A DNA stretch of 64,000 bases from Octopus sinensis. Its lineage: Eukaryota. The stretch covers positions 33,914,001 to 33,978,000 of the forward strand of contig NC_043012.1 in the NCBI RefSeq assembly GCF_006345805.1, in the 5' to 3' direction. This document shows positions 24,312 through 37,781 of the stretch, piece by piece; the first letter of the stretch is position 1; each line of letters opens with the position of its first letter. The translations under genes and the position numbers were made by a program. The notes under the pieces are model-generated. The model worked only from the letters and a program-made list of their open reading frames with translations. It had not been told where the DNA came from and did no database searches.

Positions 24312-25592
24312 TTGGGTCATCTCATAGATAATGCAGTTTTTTTATACTTCTTTTATTTTTCAAAATTAAGAGAAACAAACTTCTTTTTTAATCAAAAATA
24401 TACTCTCCTTCATTTTCTAGAATGCTCTCCCATCTATCTGGTAGACTTGCAAGACCCCTCTTCCAAAATTCACTTGTCTGTGACAAAAAATAATCCTCCA
24501 TTATTGTTCTCACCTCGTCTACAGAATTCATATTTTTTCTAACCATATGATTTTGAAGACTGCAGAATAAATGATAATCAGACGGGCAATGTCTGGCAAA
24601 CATAGTGGGTGGGGCATCATTTCCCATTTAAATTGCTCCAGCCATTGGAATGTCATCCTTGCTATATGTAGCCAAGCATTATCCTGATGGAAGAACACCT
24701 TTTGTCTTGAAACCAAAGATGGCTATTTTGCTTCTAGCACTGACTTAAGCCCCTCAAGCTGCTCACAGTATATCATCTTTATCATTTGGTTTGGGTTTAA
24801 AAGTTCATAGTAGACTAAACCTTTCACATCTCACCAAACAAATAACAATACCTTACATGGGTGAAGACCTTCTTTAGCCTGGGGTGTCAGTGTTTCTCCT
24901 TTCCGTACCCACCGTCTTCAGTACTTGACATTTTAAAAAGAACCCATTTCTTGTCACCAGTCACTATTCAGTTCAAAAAAGGTTCATTCGCGAGATGTGA
25001 AAGCAAAGAGCACACATTCACTCTCCACATGTGATTAGACTCGGAAAGTTTGTGAGGAACCCAGTGACCGAATTTGCTGACTTTTCCAATGGCACGCAGG
25101 TGTCGATGAATGGTTGAATAACCAAATCCAAGCTTCTCTGCTAGTTCTTCAACAGTTACAATGGGATTTTATTCTATCAGGGTTTGCAGGACGTCTTCGT
25201 TGAACTCTACAGATCTTCTAGGGTGAGGCTTGTCTAGGCTGTAATTTCTGGCTTGGAATTTCTGGAAGAACCATGGACACTGGCTTACACTTGTTGTCCG
25301 ATCCCCATATACTGCATTAATATTCCTTGCACTTTCCATTGCGTTGTTACCTTTATTGAACTCATAAAGCAAAATATGCCAAATATGCTCCTTTGTCACT
25401 TCCATTATAGCTTTGAAAAAATAATTGTTAAAATTGAATGCACTCTTCAAAACTTGCACTAAGAATAAGTACAAGGTAAAATTACTACCTGATTTTATAG
25501 CAAATTGATGCAGGTAGTTTATCCTGTCCCCCTCCGACTTTTAGTTGATGCAATTGAAAAAGCAGCATTATTTATGCGATGCAGTATCCATT
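24311..25592 (-). mobile_element. Near full-length degenerate mariner
   Basis: MEVTKEHIWHILLYEFNKG (N-term), FFHQDNA, PSDYHLF; terminal tattgggtcatctcatagataatgc. Confidence 0.9.
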
Positions 25593-25734
25593 AATAAAGA
25601 AGTTGGGTGTCTGAAGAGTTGCCTATATTGCTAAAAATAATAACAGATATGGAACCAATGGTACCTTTCTGACCAGCCATAAACCAATGACTACATAAAA
25701 TACACACAGACACACACACAAAGCACTTTTTCAG

Positions 25735-26070
25735 TTTCTTTGTATCAGTTGTGATACCAGTGCCGGTGGTACATAAAAGAACCATCTGAACGTGGCCATT
25801 GCCAGCGCTGCCTGGACTGGCTTCTGTGCCAGTGGCACGTAAAAAGCACCAACCGATCGTGGCCATTGCCAGTCTCACCTGGCACCTGTGCTGGTGGCAT
25901 ATAAAAAGCACCCACTACACCCACGGAGTGGTTGGCGTTAGGAAGGGCATCCAGCTGTAGAAACACTGCCAAATCAGCTGGGCCTGGTGCAGCCTCCTGG
26001 CTTCCCAGAACCGGGTCGAACCGTCCAACCCATGCTAGCATGGAAAACGGATGTTAAACGATGATGATGA
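25735..26070 (+). mobile_element. RTE 3'-UTR fragment
   Basis: Family core and (GAT)n tail. Confidence 0.85.
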
Positions 26071-27574
26071 AATCTACTCAAGGATTTAATCAACTCAGGG
26101 CTATAGTAGAAAACATTTGCCCAAGTTGCCACACAGTGGAATTGAACCCAGAAACATGTGGTTGGGAAGCAAACTTATCATACAGTTATGCTTATACCTT
26201 ATAAATGAATCTTGAATTAATTAGAAAGCTGTGATGAATAAAGTGTTGTTTGAAAAGCATGGTGGCATGTTTCTATCTCATGAGACCTTGTCAAGGAAGC
26301 TTGATGTTACCAGTCATGAAAACCAAATAGTTAAGAGTGTGCTAACAATATAGTGGGTGAACAAATGTTAACATTTATCTCATTCATCCTATCTGCTTAA
26401 CTATTTATATTTCATGCAGAGGACAACTTCTCTCCCCCTCCAGTAGATAACCCTATTACCTTGACTTTTATCTGTGTTTGTTTTACTCCCCCATTTTTTT
26501 GCGAAATGTTTAGTCACTTGAGAGATAAACAATTTATTTTCACTGACTCAAACAATTAATGAGCAAATAAAGGCTTTGTTCAGATTAGTTGCTTTGCTAG
26601 AAATAGTATTCAAATCTACTCTGCATTACATCGCAGTGTCTTAAAGCATGGATTTACTGGATTAATAGTCCTTAGTTCTCAGCACATTAAAGAGATAAGA
26701 TGGTCACAGTTGGAATGTCTTTGCTCATAAATTTGCTCAGCCTGGGCTGACCTGGTGCTCAACAACAAGAACCAAGCTGTGGGGTTAGGTAGCATAAGGC
26801 TGTGTGGTCCTTACTGTAGACATCAGCAACACTGTAAACTAAGCAAGTGTTTTATCAACTGATTTCAACTCCCTCCTTGGATGTTTACCTTGGAAAGGGA
26901 TGACCTCCACACATTCACAATTCCAACATACAATTAGTAGAGAAATCCTATGAGGTTGTCATTTGACCTTATAGAAATAGCAGCCAAATCCCCTTCAAAT
27001 CACATGCAGCTACTTAATTAAAAAGAAGGACACATCAGGTATTGTAGACTATACTGTGTTTGACTAAGAAATATGGGATGGGCAAGACTAGAACGCTTTT
27101 GGTGATAAACCGGGTGGATCAGTTAAACAACACCACCAGTACAGACCTGGTTGATTAGGCCTGACCTGGGGTTAAACAGCATCAATCATAATCTCTGTGT
27201 AAAAAGGAGCAACTTCAACATCAGAGAATCACTGAGGTATACAAATGGTGTATACAGTTGTCCCAAATGACTGAGCTAAAATGATGTCATTGAACAATGA
27301 ATCATAACGTTGAAGGTTCATATCACTTCAGCCACTCTTCCAGGGACTTGTTTTACCTATAAACAAGTATCACATTGTGTTGTATGATGAAAGAGGTTCC
27401 AGCCATGATCATCCAGACATTTTTTTAAACATAGCTTATATACTAAAGGATTACATTATTTAATGTGCTTATTTTCAAGACATCAGGAAGTGATTTGGCT
27501 GCTATTTTGAGTAGGTCAAGTGGCCAGATAGAAGCTCTGTCATTGACTTGTTGGTTCATCATTGTAGCATTATA

Positions 27575-27940
27575 TATGTTTCTTTATTACCCACAAGGAG
27601 CTAAACACAGAGGGGACAAACAAGGACAGACAAACGAATTAAGTTGATTACGTTGACCCCAATGCATAACTGGTACTTAATTTATCAACCCCGAAAGGAT
27701 GAAAGGCAAAGTCGACCTCGGCGGAATTTGAACTCAGAACGTAGCGGCAGACGAAATACCTATTTCTTTACTACCCACAAGGGGCTAAACACAGGGGACA
27801 AACAAGGACAGACAAATGGATTAAGTCGATTACATCAACCCCAGTGTGTAACTAGTACTTAATTTATCGACCCCGAAAGATGACAGGCAAAGTCGACCTC
27901 AGCAGAATTTGAACTCAGAACGTAACGGCTGATGAAATAA
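27575..27940 (-). mobile_element. Two head-to-tail SINE family A copies, both 5'-truncated
   Basis: Junction gacgaaatac|ctatttctttac at about 27758. Confidence 0.85.
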
Positions 27941-28319
27941 CACCTGTTTCCATAATTTTCAGTGCTCAGTTTAAATCCTGCGGAAGGTAACATCAACCCT
28001 GCATCCTAGCCACAACCACTGTTTTCACTTTCCAGGAATTTCTGAAGATTTTTTACTCAAAATACAGAACAAAAGTACTAAGAGCAGTAATATATCAATA
28101 CTAACTTGCTTCCATTCAAACATGCTTCAGGAATATTCCAACCTATAAGAAAGTCGTTTCAATGTATTTTGTTGTGGAGAAAATTTCTTGCTGAAGACAG
28201 TGTGATAAGAAGCTTGTTACTACTTTTCAACCATGTGGGAGCAAGTGTCTTCTACTATAGCCTTGGGTTGACCACAGCCTTTGAGTGGAGTGGATTTGCT
28301 AGATGGAAACTGGAATAAG

Positions 28320-29042
28320 CCCATTGTATGTGCAAGAGAGACGCTTGCACTGGTATGGTCATGTGGCGAGAATGGATGAAAATAGGTGTGTGAAAAAGTG
28401 CCACACCCTAGCAGTTGAGGGAAACTGTGGAAGAGGTAGACCCAGGAAAACCTGGAACGAGGTGGTGAAGCACAACCTTCGAACTTTAGTTTTCACCGAG
28501 GCAATGACTAGTGACCGAGACCTTTGGAAATATGCTGTGTGCGAGAAGACTCGACAGGACAAGTGAGACCATAACCTGTGGCCTTTACCTGGGATGTAGC
28601 CAGTCCACTTATGCATACCTTTCCTCCTTGGGACACAAAACTCTGCTTGCGAAGACCTGTTGAGGCAAGTGAAATCAAAATCGAAATCGATCAAAAATCA
28701 ATGGAAATTGTAGTTGTGATACCAGTACTGGTGGCACGTAAAAAGATTCATCCGAACATGGCCGTTGCCAGCGCCGCCTCGACTGGCCTCCGTGCTGGTG
28801 GCACATAAAAAGCATCAACTGATCGTGGTTGTTGCCAGCCTCACCTGGCCCCTGTGCCGGTAGCACGTAAAAAGCACCCACTACACTCATGGAGTGGTTG
28901 GCGTTAGGAAGGGCATTCAGCTGTAGAAACACTGCCAGATCAGACTGGAGCCTGGTGCAGCCTCCTGGCTTCCCAGACCCCGGTCGAACCGTCCAACCCA
29001 TGCAAGCATGGAAAGCGGACGTTAAACTATGATGATGATGAT
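28320..29042 (+). mobile_element. RTE-type LINE 3' end
   Basis: VQERRLHWYGHVARMDENRCVKK...GRGRPRKTWNEVV, then 3' UTR and (GAT)n. Confidence 0.92.
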
Positions 29043-29506
29043 ATATATATATATGTGTGTGTCTGTGCTTGCCTCCTGCCATTGCTTGACGACTGATGCT
29101 GGTGTGTTTATGTTCCTGTAACTTAGTGATTTTGCAAAAGAGACCGATAGAATAAGTACTAGGCTTACAAAGAATAAGTCTTGGGGTCGATTTCTTTGAC
29201 TAAAAACTCTTTAAGGTGATGCTCCAGCATAGCCACAGTCGAAATGACTGAAATAAGTAAAAGAATAAAAGAGTAAATATAAATACACTGAGTCAGTTTG
29301 CAGTATTCCCTAATCCGGCCGGTGGATGCATGCATTTCAGAGTGGTTGCCTCCTCTTCAGCACTGCAAACCAACAAGACAGGTGTGTTTACACCTGTTTA
29401 CTGTGAGAAATTTTCTCTGTGACAAAATACAGTGATTGGATTTTTCTTATGGGTTCAAATATGCCTCTAGTATTTTTGAACTGGTAACAAGTTTGTCTTT
29501 ATTTAA

Positions 29507-29726
29507 CCCTTTTGTTACTAACCCGGCCAAAACTAGCTCTGGCTCTGTGGTAAAATGTCTTGTTTTCATAAGTATTGAATTAAAATCTTCCCCCAAACCT
29601 TAGTCACAATTTACATTCCTAACACTAGATTAATCATAACTAAGTTATTTTACTAAATTCTTTGTTATATTTAAAATAATTGGAAGAAACACAGAGCATC
29701 TCAAAATAAATACAGTAACGAAAGGG
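29507..29726. mobile_element. piggyBac-like MITE (same family as 14607, opposite orientation)
   Basis: TTAA flanks and cccttt(t/c)gttac TIRs. Confidence 0.85.
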
Positions 29727-29904
29727 TTAAAGGGTGACTCAACACCCCATGGTGTCCCACAGTTCCACACCAATCCCAGAAATCAGTAACAGTAACAAAA
29801 ATTACTTTTACTTCTTGTTCAACCCCACAAACTGGTTCTTAATTTTATTGACCTTGAAGAAATAAAAACCAAAACTGACCTCAGTAGGGTTTGATCTCAA
29901 AATG

Positions 29905-30420
29905 TAAAGAGTCACGCTGGTGAGACCCATATTGGAATACGGGATTCAAGCTTCTTCTCTTTATCTCCTCAAAGACATACATCATCTCGAAAGAGTCCAG
30001 AAGCTGGCTACCCGCATGGTTCTTGATCTCAAGCATTTGTCTTATGAAGAAAGGCTGAAGACGCTCGACCTTTATTCTCTAGAAAATTGACGACGCCGTG
30101 ATGATCTCATTCTTGCCGACAACATCATAAGCGGAAAGTGCAACCTCTCAAAAGAGCTGTTGTTCACTCCTGCTCCAGAGTGTGGGCTGCAGGGCCACTC
30201 CGAAAAGCTCTATCTACGACGATTTCATCTCAATCAAAGGAGAGGGGCTTTCTCTCTCCAGGTTGTGGATCCGTGGAATAAGCTACCGGATGAGATAGTG
30301 AAGATGCCGACAACCGCTCGGTTCAAAGTCTCTCTTGACCAGAAATGGCCTGAACTCTTTGTATGACCACCCTCCCTGTCTCCCTACATAGCCTTGCTTT
30401 TGCTTTTTGAACCAATAAAA
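29905..30420 (+). pseudogene. CR1-clade LINE 3' fragment
   Basis: RPILEYG...LERVQKLATRMV..LSYEERLKTLDLYSLE*RR..DLI...WNKLP; in-frame stop. Confidence 0.92.
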
Positions 30421-30769
30421 ATTGAATTGAAAAAAAAACTTCTGTCAGGCATTTTATCCAACACTCTGCCAGTTCTGCCAAACACAATACAGTGAAACAT
30501 GTAATAGCTGTGTAAATGCTGTGTTTCTCAACATAACACTCTCTTCTAATTGTGAAGAAGAAAAACACTTGTAGTTGGCCACTCAACTTGCTAAAACTAG
30601 CAGCTGAATTACCCTCAAATTACACACTTCAAAACAATTGAAAGCCCTAATGTATCTAGGACTACATTAGCCAATGCATCTTGTGCCTCCATGTGGGTTG
30701 CTCAGTAAGACAGAAATAGCTGCTAAATTTCCTCTCAGTCACACCTGAACAGAAAACAGCACAGCTCCC

Positions 30770-31055
30770 ATGATTTTCACAAACATTTTTTCACGCTAAG
30801 AGTTGCTGAAGCATGGAACCAACTGCCGGCATCAGTTGTTAGTTGTCAGAGCACTGCATCCTTCAAAACTTCCATGCTTTCTGAGATTCGCCAACACTAC
30901 ACCAGATTTTCTCCCCTCCATACACACACAAGCATGTATCTGACTCATACATTGTTCACATCCCAGACATTTGTACATTACTGCATATGCTTTATACGCA
31001 CTTTTGACAAGTTGTGGTGCACCTGAGCACTGTATACAATAATTTCATTATTATT
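30770..31055 (+). mobile_element. CR1-like LINE 3' end (second family)
   Basis: FFTLRVAEAWNxLP and a shared 3' UTR ttgtacattactgc...cacctgagcactg. Confidence 0.85.
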
Positions 31056-31344
31056 TATCTTTTTAAAAAATAGATAAGACATTATCCTGGGTACATTGTT
31101 GCTGAAATAAAATTAAGATAGAATGGTCATGGCTGGAGATTAATCAAGACCAACAGCAACCAGTGTCATTGAAGAATACCAGCTTGGAATGTTGAGGAAT
31201 ACCAATATGATCCTGCTATAAGACATTGATATATGATAGGTGTGGTTGGCAAGGCAGGAATGGATTATCTGAAACTATCGTTAGCAGAGACTTTCTAATG
31301 ACTTAATTATATCGAAATAGACAAATACATATGTATCTTTTTAT

Positions 31345-32160
31345 ATACCTTTCACTTGTTTCAGTCATTTGACTGTGGCCATGTTGGAGCACCACCTTTT
31401 AGTCGAGCAAATCGACCCCAGGACTTATTCTTTGTAAGCCTAGTACTTATTTTATCGGCCTCTAAGTTACGGGGATGTAAACACACCAGCATCGGTTGTC
31501 AAGCAATGTTGGGGGGACAAACACAGACACACAAACATGTACACACACATACATATGCATATATATATATACATATATACGACGGGCTTCTTTCAGTTTC
31601 TGTCTACCAAATCCACTTACAAGGCTTCGGTCAGCCCGAAGCTATAGTAGAAGACACTTGGTGCCATGCATTGGGACTGAACCCGGAACCATGTGGTTGG
31701 TAAGCAAGCTACTTACCACACAGCCACTCCTGCGCCTATGATACATACGTATCTTTTTATATACCTTTTACTTGTTTCAGTCATTAGACTGTGGCCATGC
31801 TGGGGCACTGCCTTGAAGAACTTTTTAGTTGAACGAATTAGCTCCAGTATTTATTTTCTTTCATTTTCATTCGCTGTCTTTTTTTGCTGATCCACTAAGT
31901 TACAAGGACATAAACATACCAACACCAGTTGTCAAGCAATGATGGGGGACAAACACACACACATACACACACACACACACACATACATAGATAGATAGAT
32001 AGATATACAATGGGCTCCTTTCAGTCTGTGTCTGCCAAATTCACTCCACTTCTAGGGATCAAGGCTACAGTAGAACACTTTCCCAAAGTGCCACACAGTG
32101 GGACCGAACCTGGAACTCTATGGTTGGGAAGCAAACGTCTTTCCACGCAGCCACACCTAT
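31345..32160 (-). mobile_element. Two tandem SINE family B copies
   Basis: Both begin with atatacctttt(c)acttgtttcagtcatt on the + strand (31345 and 31760). Confidence 0.85.
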
Positions 32161-32374
32161 ATATATACGAGTGAGTGTGTGTATAATATGCACACACAGC
32201 ACAATGTATGTATGCTTAGCAATTGATTAATCAATCACCATCCCTACCTCCCCACCTCTCCACACCCACCCTCCAATCATTCATCTACCATCTCGATTGA
32301 TTGATATATTCCTGAATGAAAACTTGCTTTCATTTCACTCAAGACAAGCAATAAAAAGAGCTTTTAGAACGAAA

Positions 32375-32700
32375 ACCATCTCTGTTTGTCATCATCATTA
32401 TCATCTTCATCAATCAGCATCATCTTCACCCTCCACCACCACCACCACCATCATCAATACTACCATCATCACCACCAACTACCTTTATCACAATCGTCAT
32501 CATCATCACCACCACCATCACTACCATCATCACGACCCACTACCATCATCACAATCATCACCACCACCACCACCATGGCTACAACAATCATCACCCCCCC
32601 CCCATTCTTGTAAACCATTCTGCTACCAGCAACAGCAGCAGCAGCAGTACCATCGTTACCATCCTCATAACAAAAACCACCACCCATCATGAACACCGCA
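32375..32700. repeat. Compound (CAT/CAC/CAG)n microsatellite
   Basis: Read directly; it produces spurious His/Thr-rich ORFs. Confidence 0.9.
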
Positions 32701-32958
32701 ATTACAACCGCGCTATTTTAATTTCTATATCCTATACACAAACTGTAAATAACTCAGAGCAGCAACACACACACATAAATAAAATGGAAAAATAGCTGTG
32801 GTGGTGGTTGGGGGTACAAACAACAAGAAATGTAAATAAAATCAGAGCAAATGTATACATATGAATGCGTGTTTATATATATATTATATATATATATATA
32901 TAATTTATATAATTTTTCTAATATTTTATATAATTTATATATATATATATAATTTATA

Positions 32959-32987
<29 letters not shown>

Positions 32988-32991
<4 letters not shown>

Positions 32992-33376
32992 GTTATAAAT
33001 AACATGAAGACAAGTTAAAAAAACAAACAGTGTATTAGATTAATGCTCAGGTAAAATAGAAAGAGAAGTCTGTTTTGAGTGCATTGCTCTTTCTGCAGAG
33101 AGAATAGATGAGTGTGTGTGTGATTAAATGTATATGTATGAATAGGCAGCATGTGTTTTATATGAACACTCATGCATATATGTACACACATACATACACA
33201 CACATACACATTTGTGTGTGTGTGTCAATGCAATATGGCTGATGCATGGAGAATCAGATGAATAAGACTAAAAAGTTTGAATAAAATTTATAAAAACCAA
33301 TATCAAGACTATGAAATATAAGAATTCACTATTTATAGATTAATGTTTGTGTGTATGTCTTTATATATCTGATCAT

Positions 33377-33407
<31 letters not shown>

Positions 33408-33797
33408 TATATATGTTATAAATAACATGAAGACAAGTTAAAAAAACAAACAGTGTATTAGATTAATGCTCAGGTAAAATAGAAAGAGAAGTCTGTTTTG
33501 AGTGCATTGCTCTTTCTGCAGAGAGAATAGATGAGTGTGTGTGTGATTAAATGTATATGTATGAATAGGCAGCATGTGTTTTATATGAACACTCATGCAT
33601 ATATGTACACACATACATACACACACATACACATTTGTGTGTGTGTGTCAATGCAATATGGCTGATGCATGGAGAATCAGATGAATAAGACTAAAAAGTT
33701 TGAATAAAATTTATAAAAACCAATATCAAGACTATGAAATATAAGAATTCACTATTTATAGATTAATGTTTGTGTGTATGTCTTTATATATCTGATC

Positions 33798-33835
<38 letters not shown>
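32988..33835. repeat. Tandem duplication with a 423-bp period
   Basis: Identical 64-aa ORFs at 33015 and 33438; units bounded by (AT)n. Confidence 0.92.
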
Positions 33836-33842
<7 letters not shown>

Positions 33843-33861
33843 ACACACACACACACACATA

Positions 33862-34145
33862 TCTTCATCATCATCAACGTTTAATGTCCATTTTCCATGC
33901 TAGCATGGGTTGGATGGTTCGACCAGGGTCTGGAAAGCCAGGAGGCTGCACCAGGCTACAGTCTGATCTGGCAATGTTTCTACAGCTGGATGCCCTTCCT
34001 AACGCCAACCACTCCAAGAGTGTAGTGGGTGCTTTTTACGTGCCACTGGCACGAGGGCCAGATCGGATGGTGCTACATGCCACCAGCACAGGAGCCAATC
34101 AAGGCGATACTGGCATCGGCCATGCTCGGATGGTGCTCTGCAAGT
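33862..34145 (-). mobile_element. RTE 3'-UTR fragment
   Basis: (CAT)n and family core. Confidence 0.85.
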
Positions 34146-34154
34146 GCATATACA

Positions 34155-34186
<32 letters not shown>

Positions 34187-35294
34187 CATCTGTGTGTGGT
34201 TTAAAACATGAAGGAAACCAAACGGTTCAACTAGAGAGTATATAGACTAAAGGACATAAATAGCTACAGGAAGGGGAAATTGGTTATTAAATATATAATG
34301 CAAATTATTTATATACCTTGCTTTCTGCATTTTTGTGTGTATATATCATATATGTTCTGTATGTGTGTGTGTGTAAATGTATCTACATCAACAATGAGTA
34401 TTCAGATAAATTCATGTTAAGAAAAGAAAGTCAGATTTAATAGGAATGGAATCAAACTAGAATCACAATCAAATTTAGTCTTCTTTACCAGAAATTGGCT
34501 ACAAATATTTTTTATCATTAGTGGCTGTGATGGAGCTATGTGGTGTTGGTGGAGAGGATGGTAGATGAGGCAAAAGGGAAGTGAAAACTGAAGGGGCTGG
34601 CAGAAGAGTGAAAGGGGCAAGCGTGGGCAGGAAGCACGTGTGGTTAGTTCGAGCTGAGACGGCAGAGAGGCAAGACGTGTTTAATTCGTGAGAGTGACCG
34701 CTGGTTCCGCCGAGGTCAACAGGTAAGGCCTTTTGTATTTCTTTCTCCCGTTTGCTTCTTTTTCTGTTGTCCTTTTCTTCCATCACACTACAGAGGGCAT
34801 GGGAAAAGGGGACTTGCCACAGGTACTGTTCTTGATCAAATTAATTTCATAATATATGCTGTGCTCCCAGAACTTTGCAATGTGAAAGGGCCCTTTAGTT
34901 TGCCCTCAATAAGAACTTACTTTGCATGGGAAAAAGATACATGCAATACATGGGTTTTATTTGTCAATGGAACTTAAATAGGTGATGATGACTGTCTTGG
35001 AAAAGATCACCACAAGATGGTTTCCAAACCTTTGTTGGATGGCACAAATTGACAACAGCCAGATAGGTCCCTGTGGCCTACTTCTGACCAACTCATTTAA
35101 TTCATACGCACAGTTTTGAGGTTCTACAGTTCAGTAAAAATCCATCCAATATGTCATTGAGGCATCTGACACAGCAAGGTTTGCTCTGATAAAGTTAATC
35201 TAATTTCATCTAGGACGAGGCATCATCATTAGGCTTTTTCCTCTTTCCCCTCCATGAAGATACTTCAACATTCAACAGCTTGCTGCCCACTTAA

Positions 35295-35992
35295 CACTAG
35301 AAGGACCGAGTGTGTCAACGAATGCATTTTGAAATTTTAATTGCACACAATTCTAAAATTATTGGAGATTTTGACATCATGGTGCTTGACTTTTCATAGT
35401 TTTATAACATCTGTAAACACTATAAATTATAGGTTGTTTGCACCACTGGTAAAAAAAAAAATAATAAATCGCATACTACGTATAAGGACCACATGCATCA
35501 ATTGACATATTGGCAACTTTTGAAAATTGCACCTGCTTTTTTTATACATGTGACACCATTTTAGATATTCAGTAATTGCATGGACTTTATAGTTCACAAA
35601 ACAAAACTGCGGTTTAGTCAGAACAAAAGGAAATTAACAGGAGCAGTAAAACAGGTGAAACTAGTCCATGAAACTGTGGTTTTTGAAAGCCAAAGAGAAG
35701 CCGACCGTCACACTTATATATCATACCAATGCAAAAAAATCAAAGTCTATTTTTGTTTTGAGTACTTTACATCAACTCCGCCCACAAGGCTTTGGTTGGC
35801 CCAAGACTATAGTAGAAGACACTTGTCTAAGGTACCATGCAGTGGGACTGAACCCAGAACCATGTGGTTGGGAAGCAAGCTTTTTATCACACAACCACGC
35901 CTGTGCCTATAATAGTTTTCTACCCCTCTTCACTTTTCCTTTCAAATTGAAAAACATCTTTGCAATTAATTGAGATTCTGGTCCTTCTAGTG
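35295..35992. mobile_element. piggyBac-like MITE containing a SINE B fragment (~35770-35905)
   Basis: ttaa|cactagaaggacc ... ggtccttctagtg|ttta inverted termini. Confidence 0.7.
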
Positions 35993-36380
35993 TTTATGGC
36001 CAATCGGTTTACTTTACTGAAACAACAAATACGAAGCCCGAGTGACAATATGGTTACAGCCTTTTACACGCTGTGCCAGTGTAACCTCTTTACAAAACCA
36101 TTGTTGAACCATCAGGTGCTGCCATGCAAATACATGGAACCAGAAGTGATAGAGACAAGGAAGGCAAGGAGCCTCTGTTGAAAACCAACTCAACAGAAAT
36201 GTTGTCAATGTAAGAGAGTATTCCGTGTATGCTAATCAACAGAAATGCTTCTTCTTAGGACTTCTCTCCATAAAGTCCAAGGTTTCAGTTCATTTCAAGA
36301 TCTTCAAATAGTCAATAGGGAATTGTGTCCCACCTGCTGAGAGAGTAGGGGCAGAAGAGGCTTTATACATGGTTTGAGGG
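35993..36380 (+). pseudogene. Heavily decayed hAT (Buster/Charlie) transposase relic
   Basis: Across frames: NMVTAF, SGAAM (cf. DGAxAM), C..I.R..SS.DFSP (cf. HCxIHREALAS..SP), ERVGAE (cf. EEMGAE). Confidence 0.5.
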
Positions 36381-36589
36381 AGAACAGTCATCATCATGAT
36401 CATCGTTTAATGTCCGTTTTCCATGCTAGCATGGGTTGGACGGTTTGACTGGGGTCTGGGAAGCCAGGAGGCTGCACCAGGCTCTAGTCTGATTTGGCAG
36501 ATATCAAAGAAAATCAACCCAAACTCCCTGGGAATGATGGGATAGTCAGTTGTTTTTTTACAGAGTATAACAATATAAAGCTGGAATTT

Positions 36590-36990
36590 TTTTTTTATGT
36601 TACTGGTGAAACTGAAAAGATATTCTTGATGAATATTCTGAACGCCTCACTTCCCTGGGCACGGACACCTTGAAACTCCAACATCTGGCAACCAATTTGG
36701 CAGACACCCATAAAATTATTAACCATCTTACAAACAACAACTCTGAGCACCTTTTCAAACTCCACCTGTCTAACAACCGTGGACATGTTTACAAAGTCAC
36801 AAAACAGCACAGCTCGCATGACTTTCGGAAACATCTTTCCACGCTAAGAGTTGCTGAAGCATGGAACAGACTGTCAGCATCAGTTGTTAGTTGTTGGAGC
36901 ACTGCGTCCTACAAAACTTCCATGCTTCCTGAGATTCGCCAACACTACACCTGATTTTCTCCCCTCCATACACACGCAAGCATGTATCTG
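36590..36990 (+). mobile_element. CR1-like LINE 3' end
   Basis: LADTHKIINHL...RGHVYKV...LRVAEAWNRL. Confidence 0.88.
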
Positions 36991-37527
36991 ACTCTGGCTC
37001 TTTAGTACAATTGTCTGGTTTTCATAAGTTCTGAATTAAAATCTTCCACCAAACCTTTGTCCCAATTTATGTTCCTAAAACTAGCTTAATGATAACGATG
37101 TTATTTTACTAAATTCTTTGTTATATTTAAAATGATTGGAAGAAACACAGAGCAACTCAAAATAAATATAGTAACGAAAGGGTTAAACAATGTTGGTCGT
37201 GCTGAAGTGTCTAGTTTACATATATTTCAGATGAACATCAACCACATTAATCTTGCATGTGTTGCAGAGTTTTCCAAGGTCATTGGGACAACCCATTTAT
37301 TCCTGATTAAACCACAATAAAAACAAACAAAATATTTTTGTGAAAAGCTGTGTATTTGAAGAGAAATGCCCCTAATGGGGAACTGAATCAATGTCACTGA
37401 CTCTGGCCTTGTTAAGGAGCTCTCTGTTCTTTCTTAGATTTATTAATGATAAAAATTTATCTTAAGCATATTTCGTTTTTGGATTTGGTTTGCAAGGTTC
37501 TTGATATGAGTTCGTGTGTTGAAGCAT

Positions 37528-37781
37528 ATTCTGTTGTGTCTGGTGAGAGTCATTTTCTTTTTGTGCCTTATTATGTAACATTATGTAACCGGTAAAATTT
37601 CCACTTTTTTCTTATTTTTATTTTCCTAAAATTTTCGTTGCAGAGTCAAAACTATTGAAAAGGTTGCAAGATGTAACGGAAATTTTAGGAAAATAAAAAT
37701 AAGTTAGTGGAAATTTTACCGGTGAATGTGTTATATTATAAGGCACAAAAAGAAAATGACTCTCCCCAGACACAACAGAAT
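37528..37781. mobile_element. Foldback MITE with ~115-bp inverted arms
   Basis: attctgttgtgtctgg..gagagtcattttctttttgtgcctta pairs with taaggcacaaaaagaaaatgactctc..cagacacaacagaat. Confidence 0.8.

Noticed and set aside
29304-29381. 78-nt candidate exon (ttgcag ... cag|gtgtgt) open in two frames
   Set aside because: No SMYD similarity, weak donor, and no partner exons identified.
32297-32696. His/Thr/Gln-rich ORFs
   Set aside because: They are translations of the compound microsatellite; no splice support.
34520-34722. GC-rich stretch ending in CAG|gtaagg as SMYD exon 1
   Set aside because: The phase-2 frame has an upstream TAA and no ATG, and part resembles a SINE motif. It could be a UTR exon, but nothing supports that.
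36245-36345. NRELCPTC as the missing MYND CxxC exon
   Set aside because: It is followed immediately by TGA, the donor phase is wrong, and the region is better explained as a hAT relic.
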